Source: Cyanophora paradoxa CCMP329
Taxonomy: Eukaryota; Plantae; Glaucophyta
Reading direction: 5' to 3'
Length of the DNA stretch: 64,000 nt
NCBI GenBank assembly: GCA_004431415.1
Contig: QPMI01000152.1
Span: forward strand, 1 to 64,000
Shown: positions 1 through 12,903 of the stretch, one piece after another
Position numbering within the stretch: the stretch's first letter is position 1
How the letters are laid out: each line of letters opens with the position of its first letter
Notes under the pieces: model-generated
The model's database searches: none
What the model saw: the letters and a program-made list of their open reading frames with translations, nothing else
Told to the model about the DNA's origin: nothing
Made by a program: the position numbers and the translations under genes

Positions 1-3000
1 CCACCTGGAGACCAACCGGCGCGGCCTCTGGTGCCCTCGGCTGATCCATCTTCGAGCTCGTGCCTCACGATTCGAATTCACCTGAGCGTCTCCTCGCAGC
101 CAGCTGAAATCAGATCTGGCCGGGCGCTCGAAGGCGAAGGCGCTGTGGAACGCGTACGTCATCGAGGAGGTGCTTTTCCGCAGTTTTCGCCTCGAATCTC
201 CGCTTTCCGCGTCCCCTCATCCGAAGGCGCACGCGCAGCTCGTGCCCGAGCGCCTCGAGAAGGCCCTGCTGCGGGCCCGGGACGTCCTCGCCGGCATGAA
301 TGCGGCCGAGCAGCTCGCGCTCTACCTCCCCAACCGCGACAGGCTCCGCGGCGCCTACGCGCTCCTCCACGACCCGCTCTACCGGCGCCTCGCCGAGGGC
401 GCCGTCCTCTACGTCCCGGGGCCCTCGGCCCGCTGGGTCCGCCCCTCCGACGCGGCCGCCCTGCGGCCCGGCGCGGCGGACGACGACGTCGTCCGAGTGG
501 CGCGGGCGGCGGGCCTCGCCGTCGTCTCCGACGGCGCCTCGTGGGCGCACGTCTTCGGCGGGCTCGAGCGCGTCGGCTGCGCCGTGCGGGACCTGGCGCC
601 CCGCGACCTGCGCTCCGCCCTGCGCGCGAATCCCGGCGCCCTGGAGGGCGCGAGCGCGGAGGCGCGGCGCAGGGTCCTCGAGTTCTGCCTCGGCGACGGC
701 GCGGTCGCCGGCCTCGCCGGCCTGCGCCTCCTGCCCCTCCGCGACGGCTCCTTCGCGCCGTTCCGCCTGCACCCCGCACAGGTGCATGTAAATTTTTGGA
801 GAACTCTGCGCGCAATCTTATTTCGAAGTGAACGCAGCGGAAGAGCCCGCCTGTCAGCGTCGAGGACGCAGAAACCGTGTACTTCGCGGGCGAGGAGGAG
901 GCCGCGCTCCTGCTGCCGTCGTGTGCCGACCGCGTCGTCGACCTGCCCGTCTCGCACGAGCACGCGGCCGCGCTCTGCCGCGCCTTCGACATCGAGGGCG
1001 TCTCCGCTGCGAGCTTCCACATCTTCCTCCCCAGGCTCTTCCCCGGTCTGGCGGGCTCGCTCAAGGACGAGACGCGTTGGTTTTCATTCGGCAACCCGAC
1101 GCGGGACTGGCTGCGAGCGTTCTGGAGCTACGCTGAGAGCCAAATGGGGGACTTCGCGCCTCAGCTCTGGGCCTGGCCCCTCCTCCCGACTCGAAAGGCG
1201 GCGACGCTCCGGGCGCCGAGCCTGCTCACGTTCTCCGTCCCTGAAGGCTTCCCCCCCGGCGACCTCGAGCTGCTGGAGGGTGAGGGCGTCCGGTTCGCCG
1301 CGGAGGGCGACGAGGATGGCCTCCCCGCGACGGCCCGCGACGCCCTCGCCCGCTCCAGACTCCTCCACGCGTGCACTCCTCTGTCGCTGCTAAAGGCTCT
1401 GCCGCCCCTGCCCACAGACCGCCTCTCCTCCGCGAGCAAGGAGCAGCGGCTGCGGTTGCGGGCGTTCTTCTCCTCCGTGCACGCGTACCCCTCGGAGCTC
1501 GCCGTGGCGTCGCTCCGGGCGCTGCCGATCTTCGAGCGCTACCGGGTGGGCGCGCATGGGGAGCCCGCGGCCGTCTTCGGCAGGCTGGACGTCGACACGG
1601 GGAAGCTCGCCATCCCCCCGCCCTCGGGCGGCACGGTTGAGCTGGAGCCCCGCGGTCAGCCCCAGCCCTGGGCCCCCTCCCCGCCCCGCCCCGCGCACCG
1701 CCCCGCTCGCTCACGATCGGCCCCGGTGCGTGCAGTGTACTCGGACTTCTCGCTCCGCGTGGAGGCCTCCGAGCTCCCCATGATGGCGGCCCTGGGCTTC
1801 AGGCCCCTCTCCGAGGCCGAGTACCTCCTGAGGCACTCGCTCCCGCTCGCGCCCCGCTGGCCGGCCAAGCTCCGCCGCGAGTTCCTCTTCTCCGTCCTTG
1901 GCTCGTACGACGGCCTCGTAAAGTCCTGCAGGGTGCGCCGCTCGCCTCGCCGGTGCCTCTCCTCGCTCCGCCGGCGGCTCACGCGCCCCAGGCCCTCCAC
2001 GCCGCTCTCGCCGACATTTGCTTCGTCCCGGCCCGCAACCCGTCGGCCAAGAGCAAGCACGCGCCTGCCTCCAGTGCGCGCGATCGAGGCCGATGCAACC
2101 GCCGAGCCGAAGCGCGCGCTCCTCACGCCCGCGCGCAGGTGCGGACGACGAGCTCCGGCGGCCCCGTGACCTCTTCGATCCCGAGAACGGCTCCCTCAGC
2201 GCCCTCTTCGGCGCGTGGACGCGGGACGCCGCAAAGGGCGACCCGCTCCTGCGCCCCTTCCCGGCGGCCGAGTTCGAGGGTGGGCGCCTCGCGGCGCTGC
2301 AGAAGCTGGGGCTCAGGACAGCCCTGGGCGCCCCCGACGTTGCCGAGATGGTCGCCGCGGTGGCGAAGTCGGCGGAGTCCAAGGCGGGCTCCGACGCGTC
2401 CCGGAGGCGGGCCGGCGCGTTGCTCGAGTACCTCTGCAACCTCGACGAGCAGGCCCGTCAGGAGCTGCTGCGGGAGGAGCTGCCGACGGGGGGCCGGCTC
2501 GTCGATCACCTCCGCGACGCCGCCTGGGTTCCCGTCGCGCACCGCCCGCGCGACTGGCCCTTCCCGTGGTTCGCGGAGGACGCCGGCCGCCCCGCCCTCC
2601 ACAGGGCGGCGGAGATGCTCCCTTTCGGCGAGCGCGACACCGCCGGCGCCGTCGCCCTCCTCCTCGACGAGGGCGCCAGGCACAGGGGGCGGGCCCTCGA
2701 CGAGATCTTCGGGTGGGGCCTGCCGGCGCCGCCCGCCACCGTCGCCCGGCACGTCCGGCGGGTCGTCGAGTGGTGGGACGCCAGCTTTGGCGGCCCCGCG
2801 GCGGCCGCCCAGCCGCAGGCGGAGCACCTCGCGGCCGCCCGGCACGTCTTCGGGGCGCTGTGCGAGCGCATGCGGCGGGGCGGGGCGCGCGGGGCGGAGG
2901 TCATCCTGGAGGCCCTCGGGGCGGAGTGCCGCCGCTGGGTGTGGAACGGGGAGAACCACGAGGACGGGGGCGACCGCGACCAGGGGCGCGCCAAGGCGGC

Positions 3001-6000
3001 CGGCGCCGGCGCCGCGGCGCGCGCCTGGTGGCTCGAGGCCGGCGTCGTCGCGCGGGACGCGCCGCGCGACCTGCGGCCGCACCTGTGGCGCGCCCCGGCC
3101 GCCCTCGGCAAGCACGCCGACCTCAGCGCGGCCGCCGGCGTCCGCGACGAGTTCGGCATGGGCGACGTGGCGCGGGCCGTGCGCGGCCTGCACGCCCGCC
3201 GCGCCGAGGCGCCCCTCGAGGAGGCCGACCTGCGCTTCGCCCTCGGCGCCCTCCGCCACGCCGCCAAGCTCATCGACGACGCCGCGTGCGCGCGCCGAGC
3301 GAGCTGTTGAATGTAGGCTTCCGTCGAGTCTCCTGACGCGCGCGGCGGCGCAGGCGGCGGCACGGCGAGGCGTCCGCGGCCGTGAAGGCGCTGGAGCAGG
3401 AGGCGAAGGCGGGCCTGCTCGCGCCGGACTGCGGGCGCGTGCTGCGCCCGCTGGCCGCCCTCTGCTTCGACGACGGGGACGCGGGGGAGGGCGGGGCGGG
3501 CCTGGCGGGGCCGGACGGGCGGACCTTCGCCCTCCTGCACCACGCCGTCTCGCGGGAGGACGCCGACCTGCTCCGCCTGCCCACCGCCTCCGAGCTCGGG
3601 CTGGGCGGGGAGGAGGACGAGGAGGACTACGGCGAGCGCGTCAGCCGCGTGGCGGCCGTGCGCGGGGTCGCCGAGGCGCACCCGAACGGCAAGCCCGTCC
3701 TCAAGGAGCTCATCGCGAACGCCAGCGACTCCGGTCCGTCTTGTTCTCGCTCGCACGGGAGCGCGCGGGCGACGCGTGGCGCGCGCGCAGGGGCGCGGAG
3801 GATGTTCCTGATGCTGGACCTGCGGACGCACAAGGGCGAGGTCCTCGCCGACTCGGGCCTCGCCGCCGCCCTCGGCCCCGCCCTCCTCGCCTTCAACGAC
3901 GGGCCCGTGAGCGACGCCGACGAGGAGGGCCTCCGCGACGTCGGCAGGTCCCGCAAGGCCGCAGACCTCTCCAAGACCGGCATGTGCGCGCGCCGCCTCA
4001 ACTCGTGCCGTTCCGTTCGCGCCGCTCCGTGCGGAGACGCCGCGGGCGCGGGCGGGCGGGCGCAGGTTCGGGCAGGGGCTGCGGTCGGCGTACAACTTCA
4101 CGGAGATGATCACCTTCGTCGCCCGCGGGAAGCTCTTCCTGCTCGACCCCCAGGAGAAGTACCTCCCCCGCCAGGCACGCACGCCCCGGCAGCCCGGGCC
4201 CGCCGCCGCAGCCGCAGACGCAGCCTCCGCCCGCTCGCTCACTCACCCTCCCCCCGCAGAGGGGCCGGCGGCGGGCGGGCCTGAGGCGGAGCCTGGCGCA
4301 GCTGCAGGGGCGGCGCGGCATGCTGGCGCCGTTCTGCCTGCCCGCCATCGGCCTGGACCCTCTGGACCCCGAGAGGGCGCGGGACTGGCAGGGCATCGCC
4401 TTCCGCTTCGCCCTGCGCACCGCCGAGATGGCGGCCACGAGGTGCGCCCGGCGCGTGTGGCCTGCGGCGCAGCTGAGGGCCGCCGCAGCGAGATCCGGAA
4501 GACGGCGTGCAGCCCGCAGGAGGTGCTGGAGTGGCTGCGCGAGCTGCGCAAGGAGGCGGCGGAGAGCCTGCTCTTCCTCTCCTCCCTCAGCCGCATCGAC
4601 GTCTACGTGTGGGACGCCGACGCGCCCGAGGTGTGAGCCGAGGGCGCCCGCCAGAACCGCGGCCGCCGCGCGCGCGCGTCTCGAACGGGCGCCGCAGCCG
4701 CGAAAGCTGTGGGAGGTGCAGGCGAAGCGCAGCCCGGCGCTCTCGCGCGTCGCGGAGGCCGTCCGCGCGCCCTCCTTCGCCGCCGACGTGGCGGCCGGCC
4801 GCGTGCGGCCCGTCAGCGACCTCGTCGACGTCGCCATCACCATCACCGACGAAGACGGAAAGCCGCGGCGCGAGCGCTGGCTCGTGAGCGCGTACCTGGG
4901 CGGGGCCGACGCCGCGCGCCGCTGCTCCGACCCCAGCGTGGCCGCCCTCGTGCGCAAGGCGGCGCCCTGGGCCGCCGTCGCCGCCCGCATAGCCACGGAG
5001 GCCCCGCCGGGCTCGGACGCGAAGCCGGCGGCGGGGCGCGCCTTCTGCTCGCAGCCGCTGCCGACGGCCACGGACCTCCCCGCCCACGTCAACGCCCCCT
5101 TCGCCATCGACTCCAAGCGCGCCCCGCCCCGCTCACTCCCCTGTTTTTCTGCCTCACCCGCGGCCGCAGCCGGCAGCACCTGGCGGGGGGCGAGGAGGGC
5201 TCCCGCGACGCCCAGTGCAGGCTCGACTGGAACCGCGCGCTCCTCGCCTCCTGCGTCGCCCCCGCCTACCTCCGCCTCCTCCTCGGCGCCCGCGACCGGC
5301 TCTTCCCCGAGAACTCGAAGCTCAAGAAGGCGGAGCAGGCGGCTGCCCTCGCTGCGTACTGGCGCCTGTGGCCCCTCGAGGGCGCCTGCGGCCCCTCCGC
5401 CGGCGACTCGGACTGGCGGCCCCTGCGCGACGCGTTCCGCCAGGGCTTCTGGGCCGCCCTCTTTGCCGAGCACGACCCACCGGCCCCGCTCCTGCCGCTC
5501 CTGGCCGGGGGCGGGGGCGCCAAGTGGGCGGCGCCCCTCGACCCCGCCCTGCGCCTCCCCTGCCCGTCCACCAACCCGCCGCTCCCGGCCGCGGAGCTGG
5601 GCTCCACGGCCCGCGAGGCCCTCGCCCGCGCCGGCGGCCTGGCCCTCGTCGACGCCCCGCGGAACGTCGCAGCCGCCCTCGCCGCCGCCGCCGCGAGGCA
5701 GGGCGCCCCGCTGCGGCCCCTCGCCCCGCGCGACGCCCGCGAGGCCCTGCGCGGCCTCTTCGCCGCCGCGACGGCCGGCGGGTCGCCCCGCCTGCCGGTC
5801 CGGGAGGCGCCCGAGCGCCTGCGCCCCCCCAAGATCCTCCAGGAGCTCCTCGCGTGCGCCCTCTTTGATTTCGATGCCGCCCCCGCCGACCCCGCCCCCG
5901 CGCGCAGGTTCTGCGTGGCGGACGCGAAGGACGCGCGCGGGGCCGCCGAGGCCCTCGCCGGCCTCCCGCTGCTCCCGCTCCGCTCGGGGGAGCACCTCGC

Positions 6001-9000
6001 CGTGCTCCACGCGGGGGACGAGGCGGCGCGGCCGCACCCGCCCTCCGAGTTCGAGGACCTCGTCGCCCCCGCCCGCCGCCCCCTCGCCTTCGTCGACAGG
6101 GACGCCTACGAGGCCGCCCTACGCTGCCCCGCCCTCGCCCGCGTCGCCCCCGACGAGCTCTCCCGCGCCCGCGCCCTCGGCCTCCAGCCCTTCGACCCGG
6201 CCGCCCTTGCCGCGGAGCTGGCCCAGCCCGGCGCCCTCCTGCCCCCCGAGTGGCGCGGCCGGCCCCACGTGCCCCGCGGCGCCGCCCTCGGCGACGACGC
6301 CCTCGCGCTCCTCTGGCGCTTCCTGCGGCACTGGGCGGACCAAGGGGCGTCGCTCGCCCGCGGCCCGCTCGCCGAGTGGCCGCTGCTGCTGGCGACCGAC
6401 GGGCGCCTATACTCGCCTTCGGCCGCCGGGGAGGGCCTCCTCCTCGAGCCGGCCCCCGAGATCATGGCCGCCTTCCGCGACCTGGGCGCCGCCTTCGGCG
6501 CCCCCGCCCTCGCCGACGCTTGCCGCCACCACCACCTCGTCCGCGCCGCCCCCTTCACGTACTCGAGCGTCCTCCGCGCCGTGGGCGCCGCCCGGCGCCT
6601 CGCGGGGGCGGCCGGGGAGGCGGACCCCTGGGCGGCGGCGCCGCCCGAGCGGCGCCTGCTCTTCCGAGACTTCCTCGCCGACTTCTGCGGGCGGGGCGCC
6701 CTTCAGGGCGAGCCCTTCTCCGCCCCGCACGCCCGCGAGGCGGCCTCCCTCCCCCTCTTCCGCGAGCTCCCCTCCGGGGACTGGGTGCCCCTCCCCTTCG
6801 CCTCCTCCTTCCCGCCGCCGCCGGCGCCCCTCGCCCTCCCCGCCGAGCTCCTCGCCCCGGAGGTGGGCGAGGGCCCCCGCACCGCCCTCCTCGCGGCGCT
6901 GCGGGGGCCCCAGCAGCTGCTCCTCGAGCCGCCGCGCGCCGACCGGCCCTTCGATGCGACCCTCTTCCAGACCCTGGGCGTCGCCCTGCCCTCCCTCCCC
7001 GACCTCCTCGCCGAGCACGCGCTCCCGCGCGCCGCCGCGCTCCCCGAGGCCGCCCGCGCCGCCCTCCTTTCGGCGTTCGAGGCCCTCCCCATGGTGTCCG
7101 TCACCTCTACGAACGTCGCGCGCGCCCTCGGCAAGCTCGCATGCATCCCCGCCGCCGACCTCGAGGGCGACGGGGGCGGGGGCGGGCCCCTGCGCCGTCC
7201 CGTCGACCTGTGCGACCCGGAGTGCGCGTTCCTGCGGGAGGCCCTCCCCGGGGAGGCGATCTACCCCGCCCGGCAGTTCCGGGGCCCCTTCTGGGGCCGC
7301 CTCCTCTCCTCCGCCGGCCTCCGGCGCCGCGCCGCCCCCGAGCACGTCCTCCTCGCCGCCCGCCGCGCGGCGGAGGCGGAGGAGCCGGAGGAGGCCCGCC
7401 GCCTCGGTCGCCTCGCCGCGACCGAGCTCGCCGCCCGCGCCGCCGACTGGACGAAGCTCGAAGCGCGCCCGCGCCCCGCGCCTCCGCCGCGCCGCTCTCT
7501 ACTGACGGCCCCGAGCGCAGGGCGGGCACACCTGGGCCGAGTTCGCGCCAGCGATCTCGCAGGTCCCCTTCGTCCCCACGCGGCCCGTCCCCGACCGGCT
7601 GCAGCCGCTGGCGCCGGCGGGCGCCCTGCGCGGGCTGGCGCGGCTCGACGAGCTGGTCCCCTCGGAGTGGGCCCCCGCCGCCTGGGCCGCCCGCCCCTCG
7701 CCCGAGCTGCCTCTCTCCGCCGAGGGGCTGCTCGTCGTCGCCGGGCTGCTCGCCGCCCCCTCCGGCCCCGCCGCCTCCGCCATCTGCCTCGAGCACGCGC
7801 GCGCCGTCCTCGCCCGCCTCGGGCAGCTGCTCGAGGAAAAGGGGGCCCCGGCCCCCAGGGATCTCCTGGAGGCCGCCGAGGATGCCCTCGTCCCCGCCTT
7901 CCGTCGCCTCGGCCCCGCTGGCGCCCACGCCCTGGGGCCCGCCCTCCGCCTCCCCGTCCCCGCGCACGCCCTCCTCGCGCACCCCGCGACCCTCTTCCGC
8001 TCCCTGGGCGGCCTCCCGCCCCGCCCGGGGGCCGCCCTGCCCCTCCCGCCCTCCCTCGACGGCGACGCGGCGCTCCGCCCCTTTCTGGAGGCCGCCGGCG
8101 TCCGCGAGCGGCCGTCCCTCAACGACCTCCTCCGCATCGCCGCCGGCCTCCCGCGCGGCGCCGCCCTCGCGCAGACCGACTTCGAGTACGCCCGCGCGCT
8201 CGCCGCCGCCGCCGCCGACGCGGCGAGGCGCGAGCGCCTCCCGCCGGCCGGCCTCGCGCACCGCGCGCTGCTCCCGGACCTCGAGCGGCGCCTGCGGCCG
8301 GCGGCGGAGCTCCTGGTCTTCGACGACGCGGCCCTGCAGGCCGCGGTGGACCTCGCCGCCGTCCCCTCCGTGCATCCGGACGTCCCGCGGGAGGCCGCGC
8401 AGGCGCTGGGCGCCCGCGCCGCCAGCGCGGCCATCAAAGAGGAGGCGAGCGAGGCGTCTCTGCGGCGCTGCGAGAGCGGCGAGGTGGCCGCCCTCCAGTC
8501 CGTCCTCGCCGAGGAGGCCCTCGGCCGCGCCCTCGCCCGCCACGCCGCCTCCCGCGCCTACGAGGCCGCCCGCTCCGGCGGCGAGAACGGCGAGGAGCGG
8601 GCCCTGGAGGCAGCCCGGCGCCTCCAGGACGCCCTGCCCCGCCTCGCCCGCCTTGCCCTCGTCCCGGTCCGTACGCAGGCTCAGCCGGCTCGACTCTGCC
8701 TGGGTCTGACCGGCCCCGCCCCCGCCCGCGGCCAGGTGGAGCGGATCCGGGTGCGGTTCCTGCTCGACGGGCGCGACGTCTCCCGCGCCGCCGCCGGCGG
8801 CCGCGAGCTCGCCAGGCGCGCTCTCCCTCGTACCTGCGAGGCGCCTGTGCGGGCACTGACCGTGGCCCCGCAGCTACCTGCGCAGCGGGGGCGATGCGGG
8901 GGCATCAACCCTCTACCTCGCCGTGCGGATCGGGGGCGGCGAGCGCGGCGCGGCGGAGGGGTCGGCGGCGGCCACGACGGCGGCGCTCAAGCGGACCTTC

Positions 9001-10920
9001 CACTTCGCCATGGATGTCGCGGCGCGGCTCTGCGCGCTGCTCGGGGAGCGCAACCTCGACCCGAACGTGCGCCGTGGCGCCTGCTCTGGAAGGGCCCCAG
9101 AGCCCTCACGCGGGGGGGCGCGGGGCGGCAGGTGGTGGGATACCTGCTGCTCGCGGGGACGGGCGGGGGCGACGCGGAGGCAGAGATCGAGGCCTGCCAG
9201 CTCGACCGCCCCGACGCCTTCCACCCGGACTCGCCCCGCTGGGTGCCCGGCCCGCAGGACCCGGCGCCCGGCACGGAGGCCCGCGCACGGGCGGCGGAGG
9301 CGGCGACGCAGAAGGAAGGGGCGGCTGCAGCGAATGAGGAGGCTGCGGACGCGCCGATGGAGGGCGAGGGGACGGCGGGCGAAAAGGGCGGCTCGGCAGT
9401 GGCGGAGGAGGCAGCGGAGGAGGCGGGAGCGGTGGCGGCACCGCAGCCGCCCTCGGCGGGCAAGAGGCCGCGCGGCTGGTGGCCTCCCATGAGCATCGAT
9501 CGCGAGGAGCCCGGCCCCGCCGCCGCCGCCGCCGCCCCGCCGGCCCTTCCGGCTCCGCCCGCGGCCGACGCCGCCGGGGAGCGGCCCCTGCGGCCGCGGC
9601 CGCCATCGAAGCCCATGGCCAGCCGCCCCGGCCGCTGCGGGGCCGGCGCAGCAGGGGTGGTGGATGGCGCCGGCGCCGGCCGCGCCTCCCCGGCACGGGC
9701 CCCGCCGCCACGGCCAGCGCTGCAACCGCGCGCCGGCCTGGGGCGCCCCCGCGCCGCGCCGCCCGCCGGCGTCCTCGCCCCCGCGCCGCCCGGAGCCTCG
9801 AGCTCGAGCTCCGGTCCTGCGGCGCCGGCGCCGGCGCCCGCGGCCGGCGCCGCCGCAGAGGCCGACGAGGCGGAGCAGCTCGAGGCGCAGGGGAGTCGGG
9901 GGGAGCCGCCGGCCCCGAGCTCGAGCCCGAGGAGGACTCGTCGGGGGACGAGGGCGCGCTGGAGCCCTCGCCCAAGCGCGCGCGGCCCTCCTCGAGCTCG
10001 GACCGCCCCGCGCCCATGGCGGCGGCGGCGGCGTGGAACCCGCCGCCGGTGGCCATGGCGCGCCGGGCGAGGGACCCGCCGAGCGCCGAGCGGGCCGCCG
10101 CCGAGATCAGACAGGTGCGGTCTCCGTTCAAGACGAGGTTCCAAGTTAAATCCCAAGCTGAGGGCGCGCCAGGCGAGGCGGGATGTGGAGGAGGCGGCCG
10201 ACGCGCTGGGGCGCGGCGTTATCGAGAAGGCGCCCGCCCGCCGCCCCCGCGCAGCTTTCGCCTCCAGGCGGCTCGCTCATTGTCCGGGGCGGGCGCAGGC
10301 GGCCTTCTGGAGCGAGCAGGGGGCGGAGCTGGCGCTGAAGGCCGCGGCGGCCGCCGTCGGCGCGCGCCCCGAGGAGACCCGCACCACCCACGACCCCTTC
10401 ATCCTCCTCGGGGCCATCTCCGACTGCGCCGCCGCGTGCGTGGGCCGGCCCAGGGCCCGGGCCCGGGTTCAAGGGGCCGACGCGGCGGGGCAGGCTGGCG
10501 CAGGAGCGGCCGGGGCAGGCGGCGGCGGAGGCGGCGCAGGTGTGCGTGCGGGACCTGAACCGCCTCTGGGAGCGGCTGCAGACCCTCAGCACCTACTACC
10601 TGCGGGTGCTCGCTCGCTCCTGCAGCCGGCGCTCCTCGACTCCAGCTGACTTAGCTTCGGCCAGGCGCGCTACCCGGACGCGCTTTACGGGGAGGCCCCG
10701 GGGGACTACTTCGCGGAGCCGGCGCGGCGCGCCGAGGTAAGAGGGCGCCGCTCGCGCTCTGTTTGGGTCCGGGGCGCTCAGCGGGGGGGCGGGGCCTGGG
10801 GCGCAGGTGGAGCGCGGGCTGGCGACCGCGCGGCGGGCCCTCGAGGCGGCCGAGGCCCTCCTCGCCGCCCTCCGCGGCCCCGCCCCGGGCCCCTTCGGAT
10901 CCAGCGGCCCCTCTAGTTAG
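1..10920 (+). CDS. Sacsin-like protein, 5'-truncated by the window and multi-exon, with an HSP90-like (GHKL) sacsin repeat and a C-terminal HEPN domain
   Basis: Spliced translation gives sacsin repeat motifs VLKELIANASDSG|ARRMFLMLDLRTH, GPALLAFNDG, SKTGM|FGQGLRSAYNFTE, FLLDPQEKYLP, LLFLSSLSRIDVY, GRAFCSQPLP-TDLPAHVNAPFAIDSN|RQHL and LRRPVDLCDP. The C-terminus has HEPN motifs AAFWSEQGAELALKA, THD and YYLR|ARYPDA. Stop TAG at 10918-10920. Confidence 0.85.
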
Positions 10921-11781
10921 CCGCATGAAGCGCTGGCATGCGGTAGCCTTGGCCATGGCGCAAATACGTAATTTAGCCTCAAGCCCCCCGGCCCTCCCCG
11001 AGATCGAAGCTACTGCCGCTGATCATGAGTATACCGGTACCGGGGTACCGGCCCCCGGGCCCCGGCCCCTGGGCTCCTGCGGCCTGGGCTAGCTAAATGC
11101 GCACGGACGGGCACGCCGGCTGCGGGGGGACAGCCACTGATCTGCAGATCGCAGAGGCGGCGCCGCCGCCGCACGAGGAGGCTGAGGACGGGCCGCCGCC
11201 GCACGAGGAGCCTGACGCGACGGTGCCTGTGCGCCCGGCAGCTCGCGCTGCCCCGCCCCGCCCCGCCCCCTCCCGCCCGGCCTCGACCGACGCCTCCCGC
11301 CTCCCTCTCGCTGACCGCGTCCTCCCCGCAGAGTCGGGCGTCTGCTGGCGGCGAGGGCGGCGCGGGCGGCGGCGATGAGGACGGGGCGCCGCCGCAGGAG
11401 AAGGCCGACGCGACGCTGCGGGTGCGCCCGGCAGCTCGCGATCGCCCTGCCCCCCGCCGCCCTTCGCCCCGTCCCGTCCCGCCCCGCTGCCCGCGCTCAC
11501 CTCACGCGCCGCGCGCGAAGCGCAGCAGCGCCGCGAGCCCGATGGCCGCCCGGCCCCCGCTCCAGGGCCTTCGTCAGGGGTACCCCGGGTCGATCCGGTA
11601 CCTGGCTAAGCTAATGCCCCCCCCCCCCCCCCCCCCCCCCTGGCTAAAGCTCTAACCCCCAATACGTTTCTCGGCCGCGGAGATAGCGCCGTATACGTAT
11701 CCGGATCCGTAGGATTCCGTACTACCAGATCGCGATTGCCGCGGGACGCGCGTACTTGGTACGCGCCGGTTCCGCGGCAAA

Positions 11782-12023
11782 TACTGGAGAGCTGGGAATA
11801 TTTAGTGGGCTGCATATTTATAGTACTAACTAAAAGTTTTGTGCGATCTACTAAATATTTCCCGCCTGCTAAAGGCGAGAATGTGTAGGGGTAGTCCCGT
11901 CTCCGCCATACAAAAGCCCTGTCAAGACTGACCTACTAAAGTTTTACCACCTGCTAAAGTTCTAATGGCAAAGTACTAATTATTTTCCTGTACTAAATTA
12001 ATAAATTAACTAGTTCTCCAGTA
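11782..12023. mobile_element. Possible MITE with short terminal inverted repeats and TA flanks
   Basis: TACTGGAGA at 11782-11790 is inverted to TCTCCAGTA at 12015-12023. The interior is AT-rich with repeated TACTAAA/CTAAAG motifs. Confidence 0.35.
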
Positions 12024-12196
12024 GAAACGAGAAGGCTCCTGGCCCCCGGGCCGCCGCCGGCCCGCCGGGCAGCCGCCGGCGCCGGCGCCGGCCCGCCGGC
12101 GCGCGGCGGCGCCGGACGGCGTTACCTGTGTACTAGGACTCGTCTAGGAGGTACGTCGGCAAGGATCGAACTGAGTAAAAAACGCGGAGAAAAAAA

Positions 12197-12291
12197 GACA
12201 AGGAACTTCAAGACAAGAGTAAAGGAACTCCAAGACAAGAGTAAGGAACTTCAAGACAAAAACGTGAGTAAGGAACTTCAAGACAAGAGTA
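12197..12291. repeat. Imperfect tandem repeat, 4 copies of AAGGAACT(T/C)CAAGACAA(GAGT)
   Basis: Read directly from the sequence; period about 21-29 nt. Confidence 0.85.
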
Positions 12292-12572
12292 AAAAACGAA
12301 AAAAAGCCTTGAAAAGTAAGAATATAGGAGAAAAAGAATACATTATTGGCCCGCAAATTACTAGCAAATTAGTAGTAGGCTACTACTAGCCTACTAGTAG
12401 CAATGCCTGCATCTGATATAATTATAGGACGCCGGCGGAATTTCGAAGCTGGCTGCAGCTGCTGGCGCTGGCCGGAGCGATGCGGGCGGCGGGCCATCAT
12501 GTACGTATACGTATTACTATGCCGCCACTGGGCCAGATCATAGCCCAGATGCTCACTGACTCTGACACTTCA

Positions 12573-12903
12573 TACTGTAAAGCAGGAAATATTTAAGAGG
12601 TTGAATATTAATAGTACTAAATTAAAGTTCTGAAGCCCCTAAAGTTTTTGATACTATTGAACACGATGCCAGGGGGTACGTAGCGCAGTAACATCGGCGC
12701 GGCCTTCGTTGAATTGCTCAAATAGAGCGCAGAAGCGCGCGGCGTCGCCGGCGTCGAGCACCCCCCGTCCACGCACCGCGCCCACGTGCACCTCGGAACT
12801 GGGCTTCCGCGACCAACTCTTAATTATTTTAGCCCTACTAAACCGGCCAAACCCCGGAATCACCAAACATTTTGTGGTCTTAAATATTTCCTGTTTTACA
12901 GTA
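12573..12903. mobile_element. Non-autonomous TIR DNA transposon (MITE) with TA target-site duplication, Tc1/mariner-like
   Basis: TACTGTAAAGCAGGAAATATTTAAGA (12573-12598) matches the reverse complement of 12878-12903 at 25/26 positions. Both ends terminate in TA. No transposase inside. Confidence 0.75.

Noticed and set aside
12197-12291. CRISPR-like array
   Set aside because: The units are nearly abutting with no unique spacers, there are no cas genes, and the context is eukaryotic.
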